This document shows, in pieces, positions 56,724-64,000 of a stretch of 64,000 nt of DNA. The DNA lies in the IMG/VR virus record IMGVR_UViG_3300035204_001594, positions 13,321 through 77,320 of that record. One strand, given 5' to 3'. The position numbers were made by a program, and so were the translations under genes. This DNA comes from a virus. Below the pieces are notes generated by a model. The model had not been told where the DNA came from. It did no database searches and saw only the letters and a list, made by a program, of their open reading frames with translations. How positions within the stretch are numbered: position 1 is the first letter of the stretch; each line of letters begins with the position of its first letter.

Positions 56724-58345
56724 TATATGTTACCTAATGTGTTTTGTAGCGGTTTATACAGCTGTTGGGTGCCATAGCTTACCTCAAAAAGAGGGTTATC
56801 GTCCGCTCCTTGAATTTTTGCCAATTCCGCATCTTTTTCCGACTTTAAATATTTTACCAAAATAACGGTAGAAATCGAGTTTGAGTCAGCTGACATAGAA
56901 TAAACAATCTTCTCAGCCATGCCGTAGATAACATTGCCTGCAAATCCCGGCATGGATGCAGCACCTGACCCGGCTACAGAAGCCTGGGCTATATCAACTT
57001 TAACTATAGTGCCTGGGGTTATATCGAACCGCAAAACACTATTTACAGCTTGTTGTCGTCTGGCGTATACGTAGTTCCAGTAGTAGTTCTTGCACCAATC
57101 ATCTGCAAACACGTACTTAGGGGTCTCGTCAGGCTCGTCAATCTGAGGGCCTTCAGGTTCTTCGCTATCGGCCATGATCTGTAGTTTGTCTACCCCTTCG
57201 CTTTCTCCTGCCTCCGACCCCATAACGAAGTTAATGTTAAATATCTTAGGAGGGGGGATAACGTCTATAGGGCCTTCGGGGTTTTCTGGAGCGTCAGGTA
57301 CCACGTACTGCCCCACCGTTTGTACAGCTAGTCCCTTACCTTCAGCAGGTAGGGTACCTTTAGGGGTCATCAGATGAGGACCCATCATGACAACGCCTCT
57401 GGGTAGATGCACCTCAAACCCAGAACCCTGCCCCAGATCTATCTCATTATTACCAATCTCTATCGCAAAATCCGTAGAACCCGGGTCTATAGGAGCTATG
57501 TACGCATCCTCAACTGCGGGAATAATGGCTAGCTGAAATATATTACAAAAGGCTAAAACTTTAGTCCAGGCTGTAGAGCCTCCGGCTTTATTGTGAGCAA
57601 TAGCTCCCATTTGCTCTAAAACCGCTCCTTCGTTTAAAGGTTTACTATCCTCCGAAACCTCGGCTGATAGCTGACACCCTAGATTCTCTATCCTCTCTAA
57701 AGCATCTAAAGCCTTGTCTGGCAAGGGTTTAGGTTTAGGTGAGTCTCCTGAGGATCTAAAAGGATCAACGTCACTATTATTGCCGTCCTCTAAAGAAAAC
57801 TTTAATCCATCAAAAAACATGTCCGCTAAGTCGTCTGTGTATATTTCTTTAAAATCAACTTGCGTGTGTTCGCTCTTAAACAAAAAATTAGGCATACCTT
57901 TTACGTTTATAAGGGGGCGTGTTTTAAATATATCCCACGGGGTTCTGGGGGTAAAGGCAGCAAATCCGAAATGACTAGTATTTAGGTCGGATAACCAATG
58001 ATATAAAGTAATACTTACCCCTGCCCCGGAAGTGGTTCTAGTGGGACGAACACTGTGAAGATACCCTTCAAATATAACTCCCCCTCCTGGCCAAGATTTT
58101 CCAGCCGATTGCTCACCTTCTAGTTCAATGTTTACGGTAGCTTTTGCCCGCCTTAAAACGCTGTCTCCAGCATTGTGTACTTCCGCCAGCGCAGAGGTAA
58201 AAGCGTTGTAGCCGACAGCAACACTAACTTCGCAAGCTGGGATAGCGTTTATCTCCCATGTGGATGCTAAGGAGGCTACCTTAAAGGTAGCTCCGTTTAC
58301 GTCCAGGGTAAGGGACTTTATTCCAGATGCAACAATGTTTGCCAT
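56723..58345 (-). CDS. Baseplate hub-like protein
   Basis: WEINAIPACEV, IFEGYL, FDITPGTIVKV; between tape measure and wedge genes. Confidence 0.55.
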   Translation of the reverse strand: MANIVASGIKSLTLDVNGATFKVASLASTWEINAIPACEVSVAVGYNAFTSALAEVHNAGDSVLRRAKATVNIELEGEQSAGKSWPGGGVIFEGYLHSVRPTRTTSGAGVSITLYHWLSDLNTSHFGFAAFTPRTPWDIFKTRPLINVKGMPNFLFKSEHTQVDFKEIYTDDLADMFFDGLKFSLEDGNNSDVDPFRSSGDSPKPKPLPDKALDALERIENLGCQLSAEVSEDSKPLNEGAVLEQMGAIAHNKAGGSTAWTKVLAFCNIFQLAIIPAVEDAYIAPIDPGSTDFAIEIGNNEIDLGQGSGFEVHLPRGVVMMGPHLMTPKGTLPAEGKGLAVQTVGQYVVPDAPENPEGPIDVIPPPKIFNINFVMGSEAGESEGVDKLQIMADSEEPEGPQIDEPDETPKYVFADDWCKNYYWNYVYARRQQAVNSVLRFDITPGTIVKVDIAQASVAGSGAASMPGFAGNVIYGMAEKIVYSMSADSNSISTVILVKYLKSEKDAELAKIQGADDNPLFEVSYGTQQLYKPLQNTLGNI

Positions 58346-58354
58346 AAACTTGTT

Positions 58355-58963
58355 TTAAGCCTCTTTAGTGTCTTTGTAAAACGTATCCATAAACGCCTCG
58401 ATATAATAAGCCAGCCTGAAAGGGATTACAGGATTATTGTCATACTGATCTCGAGCCTCGTCGGAGAACATAGGGGCGGTGTAGGAGAGGGTGGATACCG
58501 TATTGTTATATATGCTGTTTATATCTCCAACATACCTAGTGCCTGTGCCTAGCCATGTTGTATTACCAAATATTCCAGAATCATTATCAACAGGAAGCGT
58601 AGTGTATTCGAGGTACTGAGAGCACAGCCCCGCCTCTCTGACACATTGAGCTAAGTGTATTATACGAGCCCCTGTATCGTGAAGCTTAGCGGTGCTCGCA
58701 TTTGTGTAGTTATCTCCCCCTATACCGTCTATGGGAGAAGGCTGCCCTAATAATGCCGCTCGGGCGTGTATTAGCGTAGTCTGGCTTATAGAGGATGCTA
58801 CCCCTTGATTTACGTTTACAGGTAGTCCAGGGATGTTATCAGTATAGGCTGTGGCATATATATACTCTCCTGCAAGCGCTAGTCCAAATCGATCTAGTAC
58901 AGGTACGAGAGGGGTGCTACTGGGTTTAGGTGGGCCATAGCCTCTTTCTGTGTATACTGTCAC
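58355..58963 (-). CDS. Hypothetical tail-region protein
   Basis: 202 aa in operon. Confidence 0.55.
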   Translation of the reverse strand: MTVYTERGYGPPKPSSTPLVPVLDRFGLALAGEYIYATAYTDNIPGLPVNVNQGVASSISQTTLIHARAALLGQPSPIDGIGGDNYTNASTAKLHDTGARIIHLAQCVREAGLCSQYLEYTTLPVDNDSGIFGNTTWLGTGTRYVGDINSIYNNTVSTLSYTAPMFSDEARDQYDNNPVIPFRLAYYIEAFMDTFYKDTKEA

Positions 58964-58964
58964 A

Positions 58965-59441
58965 CTAATCTCCTGACCTTGGGGCTACTCTAAATAGTAG
59001 ATCAAATCCAAAAATTCTATTCTGAGGGTCTACCCCAGAAACAGACAGACTCTCTAGATAACATTTTTCGGTGAAGTTAGATAGGCCGGGTAAGGTGATG
59101 CTTATAGGATTTTGTACATTCTTTACCGAAGCGGCTTTCCTGTCTTCGTAATATTGAGCTAGCTTTGTGAACCCGTCCCCTGTACCTCCGTCACACATAT
59201 CAAAAGCTACAATGCCTGATATCTGCACAGCTCCCATCTCATTACCCAGCGGATATACGTAGATGTCTCCCCCAAGTACGGACTTATACTGCACTTTAGA
59301 TTTTTGAGCAAAACTGTATTTAGTCACTATTAACGTATCTTCCGGTATTAACCCGTCTACCTCTATAAGCGCTGTACCTGATCCGCTCCCTCCGCCAATT
59401 TTAGCGTAAGTACCGGGCTCACTTGGAAATAAAGAAGGCAT
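58965..59441 (-). CDS. Tail tube-like/tube initiator protein
   Basis: LGGDIYVYPLG..VQISG; follows tape measure. Confidence 0.5.
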   Translation of the reverse strand: MPSLFPSEPGTYAKIGGGSGSGTALIEVDGLIPEDTLIVTKYSFAQKSKVQYKSVLGGDIYVYPLGNEMGAVQISGIVAFDMCDGGTGDGFTKLAQYYEDRKAASVKNVQNPISITLPGLSNFTEKCYLESLSVSGVDPQNRIFGFDLLFRVAPRSGD

Positions 59442-59443
59442 GA

Positions 59444-62362
59444 TTATTGGTTCTCCTCAATTGGTACCTGGTCCTCCGTAAAGGGTACATCTGTTTCAAC
59501 TACGTGAACTTTAATAACTTTCCCTACCGCCGCACTCAGCACCTTAACCTCTTCTGTGAGTGTAGCCACCTGGGTCTCTAAATTTTCTGTATTTATATTT
59601 ACTGTAGTAGGCTTATCCGAGGGCTCTGCGTCTCCTGGCTTATCCCCCTCCTCAGGTGCATCGCCCTCCGCATCCCCTGTGGCCTCTTCTTCTGCGTCTT
59701 CCTCGGCAGGATCCTCAACACTTTTCTGCAATCCTGCATCTAGGTTTTTCACCAGATCTAATAGAATGTCGCCGTCTATACCCTCATTAAATTGGAATTT
59801 CCCGTCAACCATCTTACCTATATCGCTAAATTGGGCTAAGACAGATTCGTCTAGCGACGTTATCTCCCCGGTCTCAGGGTCCCGAACTCCTAGCTCTCCA
59901 GTCACAAGCTTTCTAATCTCATGACGATTCATACCGAATAGTTCACTCGCTAAATTCTGAAGAGAAGCGAGTTCCTCAACTCCTATGACCCCGCTTTCGC
60001 CCGAAGTGGATAATATTGCCCCTACTTTCTCTGCCATATTCTGCTGATCCGCCGACGGGCCTGACTGCAATCGTCTTAATCTGTCCGTCCCTGTCCGTAA
60101 TTTAGCTGCCTGAGCCTCTTTCTCTTTCGCCGCATTAACCTGACCACTTTCCCTTAATTTGGCTGCCTCTTCGTCTAAAGCATCGGCATCGGCGTCTCTC
60201 TTATCCAGTAGCTCTTTCAACTTCTCTTTATCGCCAGCTACCTTAGGATCATATCCCAGCGCTTGTAGTGTTTTACGGGTCTGGCTCTGTCGAGCTAGCG
60301 TAGTTATAGTATCCTGGAATGCTAACTGCGAAGATGCAGCAGCCTCTTGCTGCGCCCTAATTTCTGGGTCTTCTGATAGCAAGGATAACCTTACGTTGCC
60401 TACCCTAGGGTCGTACATAGCTCGTTGGTTAGCCTCATTCTCTATAATTGCCCCGAACTGCTGTGCTCTCTCTAAAGCCTCTCCTGTGAGGCCTAATTCG
60501 GCTATCTGACCAGCTACTCCGCCTACCCCGCCTTTGAGTCCTCGGAATATAGCTTCGCGTATAGCGTCGCCCTGAACTCCCTGTGCTGCAGCCAGAGCTG
60601 CCATCTCAGCTCCTCTGCCTGTACCCATCTGGGAGACCATTTCTCGCCTCATTGTACCTGTGAAATTATAAGTCTCATCGAATACATTGGCCTCAACAAC
60701 GGCTCTACTAACTTCAGGGTTATTTAAAGCATGCTGCACACCTACGTCTGTAGTAAGCTGAGCTATCTGCCCGCTGTCTAGTCCCTGTGCTTGAAGGATG
60801 GAGTGTACTTGTTGGAAATCCATCTGACCTGTAGTTTTGAATTTCTTCATAGCTGCGGCTACCGCAGGGTCATCGGGGTTTATAACCCCGGTCAGGGCAG
60901 CATTAAGTAATACCGCCCCTGCCCGACCTTCTCGGGTGTGGGTAGCCATGGCTACTTGGCCGGTTGCCATCTGCATCATGGTCTGCTGATTAGCGCCTGT
61001 GCCCTGAGCCAATCCGGTAAGAGCTGTCAGCTCCTTAAGCATAGCGCCTTGGGTGCCTGCAATGCCCATACCTTCAAGCTTCGCAGAACCCATTGAAGCC
61101 ATAGCCAGTAAGGAAGGTAGATCTGAACCCGCTAATTCCGCGGCGATACTAGCTTCTCTAAACTCTTTTGCTGTTACTTCTGATGTTTGTCTTCTCGCCT
61201 CGCGCACAGCTTCATCAACACTACCATAGGGGCTACCGCCTCTAGAGTACTGGCGAATAGCCTGTTGTTCTGCGCGGCTCATACGATCTGACAAGTCGCC
61301 GCCTGTAAATGCCTGGAATGCAGTTAGAGTCTGATCTACCGTAAGGCCTATTTCTTTACCCGCCTCAAAAATAGCGGCAATGTCTTCTACTTGCTCAACA
61401 GCGCGTTTCTTTAGCTCATCAGTCTTACCTTTATCTAAAGCCCCATATAAATTTATACCCCCGATATCTAACATGTTCCTAGAGCCCAGCTGCTCCAAGA
61501 CCTGGCCTGTGGCCTCAAAACCTAAACCGGATAGAGGAGATGTTATATCACTTACCCTGCCAGCTAAATCTGTTGCTAACTCCGATCCAAAAGATTGCTT
61601 AATAGGGTTGCCGTTTTTATCGTACACCATATTACCAGCGGCGTCACGCTTAAAGTTGCTCTGAAATCTTGCCCGACCCAAATATTGATTAGCTACGTTG
61701 GTTACGGATGGTACCAGATCTCTTTCTGTCTGTATACCAAAAGGCTTAAGAGCTTGTCGTGCCAGTCCTGCAAATTGGTCATTACTACGCAGGAAATTAG
61801 TTATTTCACCTGCGGTCTGTGCTGCAAGAATTTGACCCTCTTCAGGATCATCTAAGTTTTGAAATCTAGAAAACCCCGATGTCACAGCCTCTACGCTACG
61901 GAATAGTCGGTCCGCCCTACGACGCGCATTAATTGAAGTTAGTGCGTCATTAGGATTGTTCACATTCCAGGCCTGCGTGTTTATGGAGGGAATCATCGGA
62001 GCAGCTGAAGAAACCATGCCTCCGGTTATAAACCTACCTGGATTATAGGTTTGCCCAAATGGGGGAAGGTTAGATGGGTGTGTCCCAAATATCCCAGAGG
62101 CCATCTGGGTTACGTAAGGGGCCAGCATCTGTCCCATAGGGCCAAAGCTCCCCATAGTATTATATATTTGACTGCCAAAGGTGGGGTTTCGCATAGGCCC
62201 AAAGGATTGCCTAAACGCCCCAAACTGAGGGGTAAGGGCAGCGAATGCTTGCTGCCTCTGGGCTTGAAGAATCGGGTTATTCATATCCCAAGCATTAAAG
62301 CCAGGGGGGTACCCTTGGTTAGGCTGCATCTGGTTTTGGATGTCAAACGGATCGGTTGCCAC
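59444..62362 (-). CDS. Tape measure-like protein
   Basis: 972 aa Ala/Gly/Gln/Met-rich, helical-looking; after chaperone-like genes. Confidence 0.6.
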   Translation of the reverse strand: MATDPFDIQNQMQPNQGYPPGFNAWDMNNPILQAQRQQAFAALTPQFGAFRQSFGPMRNPTFGSQIYNTMGSFGPMGQMLAPYVTQMASGIFGTHPSNLPPFGQTYNPGRFITGGMVSSAAPMIPSINTQAWNVNNPNDALTSINARRRADRLFRSVEAVTSGFSRFQNLDDPEEGQILAAQTAGEITNFLRSNDQFAGLARQALKPFGIQTERDLVPSVTNVANQYLGRARFQSNFKRDAAGNMVYDKNGNPIKQSFGSELATDLAGRVSDITSPLSGLGFEATGQVLEQLGSRNMLDIGGINLYGALDKGKTDELKKRAVEQVEDIAAIFEAGKEIGLTVDQTLTAFQAFTGGDLSDRMSRAEQQAIRQYSRGGSPYGSVDEAVREARRQTSEVTAKEFREASIAAELAGSDLPSLLAMASMGSAKLEGMGIAGTQGAMLKELTALTGLAQGTGANQQTMMQMATGQVAMATHTREGRAGAVLLNAALTGVINPDDPAVAAAMKKFKTTGQMDFQQVHSILQAQGLDSGQIAQLTTDVGVQHALNNPEVSRAVVEANVFDETYNFTGTMRREMVSQMGTGRGAEMAALAAAQGVQGDAIREAIFRGLKGGVGGVAGQIAELGLTGEALERAQQFGAIIENEANQRAMYDPRVGNVRLSLLSEDPEIRAQQEAAASSQLAFQDTITTLARQSQTRKTLQALGYDPKVAGDKEKLKELLDKRDADADALDEEAAKLRESGQVNAAKEKEAQAAKLRTGTDRLRRLQSGPSADQQNMAEKVGAILSTSGESGVIGVEELASLQNLASELFGMNRHEIRKLVTGELGVRDPETGEITSLDESVLAQFSDIGKMVDGKFQFNEGIDGDILLDLVKNLDAGLQKSVEDPAEEDAEEEATGDAEGDAPEEGDKPGDAEPSDKPTTVNINTENLETQVATLTEEVKVLSAAVGKVIKVHVVETDVPFTEDQVPIEENQ

Positions 62363-62739
62363 TAATTATCCTCTTGGTTCGTCTCGGTATCATCGCTACT
62401 GGCCGACTCGGTGTCCTTGGTTGGCCATGGCTTACCCATTACCTGCTCCCAAAGATGCCTTACGTCCTCTGGGGACTCTACTCTTTTACGGCTGCTATCA
62501 TCTATATTGTACAATATATCCCTGAATTGCTCAGTAGACTGATTTACCAGATCTTGAGAATTAGTGTATGCGGCCCCTGCACTCATGGCAGCTACGTATT
62601 TTGAGTGAGCGAACTCAGAGTAACGTAGAGATTTATCCCTACTCAACAGGTGAGCCGCTACCGCTTCTCTAGACCTACCCATAAGGGTGGTGTCCGATGC
62701 ATCTAAACTATTAAGTAAAGCACCCCTGTAGATCTCCAC
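62362..62739 (-). CDS. Putative tail assembly chaperone
   Basis: Position directly upstream of tape measure. Confidence 0.45.
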   Translation of the reverse strand: MEIYRGALLNSLDASDTTLMGRSREAVAAHLLSRDKSLRYSEFAHSKYVAAMSAGAAYTNSQDLVNQSTEQFRDILYNIDDSSRKRVESPEDVRHLWEQVMGKPWPTKDTESASSDDTETNQEDN

Positions 62740-63551
62740 TAAAGTGAGGAGACTTCCGTGGGTGCTGTAAAATTTTTTTGGTATAGTTCCGACGCTAGCG
62801 CATTAACTTCATTATCAAACCTTGAGTAGGTATTGAGGAGAACGTTGTAAAGAGTTGAGTTTACCTCATTAAACCTTACCTCATGGGCCTCTATAATTCG
62901 ATCTGCATCAGTAATAGGAACTGTGACGGTTTTAGACTTAGTTGTGCCGTCTAACTGCTTGATCTCCATCACCTTTTCTTTATGGGTAGCTGCATCCTCT
63001 GTGAGGGGGGATCCGTAGTTAAATATCTGAATATTACCTTCTTCATCCTTAGTCTCAATTGTAGTAATAGAGCTGGATACGGTATACCTAAAATTTATAA
63101 ACTTTAGGTGGTTAGCATTAACAAATCCTGATTCTTGGCTTAACTGACCTACAGCGTCTGCAATAGCATCGTATTCCTTTACTGTAAGCGTTCTGAATGT
63201 AATAGACAGGTCGTTGTCGTGAATAGGATATGTCTGTTGATAAGGAGTGTTGGACATAAGAGATCTCATAAAAGACTCTCTCATATCATCGGTTATATCT
63301 ACCTTATTGGCCTCGTTCATTAGTTTAAAGACACCTTTAATAGTATCTTCATCTATATCGACATCCTCGTCTGTGTTATTACCTGCCGCCGTAAACTCAG
63401 CGTACTCATCCTTTTTATCTTCAGGCAAATCATTAACATCCACAACATGCTGCTCAAAGTTTATTGCATCTGCTGTATCAGGAGGGGTATCAAACTGACT
63501 AGGGTTAATAGGGGGATTTTTAAAGTCGTTTGGATCAAATGTGTCAGTCAT
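62739..63551 (-). CDS. Putative tail/baseplate assembly chaperone
   Basis: LSITFRTLTVKEYD motif; acidic. Confidence 0.5.
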   Translation of the reverse strand: MTDTFDPNDFKNPPINPSQFDTPPDTADAINFEQHVVDVNDLPEDKKDEYAEFTAAGNNTDEDVDIDEDTIKGVFKLMNEANKVDITDDMRESFMRSLMSNTPYQQTYPIHDNDLSITFRTLTVKEYDAIADAVGQLSQESGFVNANHLKFINFRYTVSSSITTIETKDEEGNIQIFNYGSPLTEDAATHKEKVMEIKQLDGTTKSKTVTVPITDADRIIEAHEVRFNEVNSTLYNVLLNTYSRFDNEVNALASELYQKNFTAPTEVSSL

Positions 63552-64000
63552 TAGCTACCAGGCTCCTTATTCTCGGTGTTGATCAAGTATTCAGCTAAAG
63601 ATGCCGAAGACAGTTTCGGTATCTTCTCTTTATACTTATCTCCTCCCGCCCTGTCAACTGCGGCCCCTGTTTCCATGTTAATAAATTTTAGTTCCGTTTC
63701 GGTGTACGCTGTCTCAAAAGCGTCTGCTCCTGGCCAACAACTGGTAATATCACTACTTACCTCAGGGGAGGATCCTACCTCTTCCGAGGGGTCTACTCCT
63801 ATAAATTTTAGTTTTTCACCAGATCCGCTTTCACGGTATCTCATCTGCCAGGATGCCTCCGGTAACAAAGCAGAGACTTCTTCTTCGCCAGACTCTTTAG
63901 GTAGCCCTCTTTCTTCTGTTTTCGGGTAGGCAAAAGTGATTTTCTTTAAATCCTCTTCGACTCGTAAAACAGACTCTTCTAATTGGTTTAGGAACTCTCC
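63551..64000 (-). CDS. C-terminal part of a gene entering from beyond the right edge
   Basis: Frame of the 63551-63868 ORF stays open to 64000 (GEFLNQLEESVLRVEED...). Confidence 0.7.
   Translation of the reverse strand, partial: GEFLNQLEESVLRVEEDLKKITFAYPKTEERGLPKESGEEEVSALLPEASWQMRYRESGSGEKLKFIGVDPSEEVGSSPEVSSDITSCWPGADAFETAYTETELKFINMETGAAVDRAGGDKYKEKIPKLSSASLAEYLINTENKEPGS

Noticed and set aside
31061-63929. Numerous 60-216 aa plus-strand ORFs across the tail cluster
   Set aside because: Antisense shadows of long minus-strand genes with no motifs
1-64000. Stop-codon reassignment (TAG) as in some large phages
   Set aside because: Genes tile densely in code 11 and TAG is used as a real stop (terL end; TAGTG coupling at 55857)
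1-64000. tRNA, rRNA, CRISPR array, integrase or transposase
   Set aside because: None recognised by eye; intergenic gaps are few and short. A covariance search could still find small RNAs.

Overview
A 64-kb piece of a large myovirus-type (contractile-tail, probably jumbo) phage genome, mostly coded on the minus strand in standard code 11 with many overlapping stop/start junctions. Left to right: (1) a ubiquitin-like beta-grasp gene plus an E2-like gene that runs off the left edge and is missing from the ORF track; (2) a replication/recombination block (RecA-like, candidate SSB, UDG-fused family A polymerase, primase, DnaB, SF2 helicase, SbcC, SbcD); (3) a GpA-type terminase with an Ala-initiated class 3 LAGLIDADG intein; (4) a degenerate primase-helicase-like gene and small hypotheticals; (5) a long tail fibre/baseplate/tape-measure cluster with an embedded sigma factor and a glycosyltransferase-like gene. 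The top finding is intergenic, at about 28900-29255 (minus strand). It is a complete group I intron catalytic core directly behind a sigma70-type promoter, with no upstream 5' exon or P1. A candidate 5' splice site, P1 and the partner strand of P2 lie DOWNSTREAM of the terminal G. This reads as a natural circularly permuted group I intron predicted to release a 45-56 nt RNA circle. Also notable are the phage Ub/E2 module and a fibre protein built from Russian-doll nested copies of one domain. GACC Cys repeats and the Ub/E2 type suggest a Planctomycetota host (inference). All calls are from reading motifs by eye; no searches were run.
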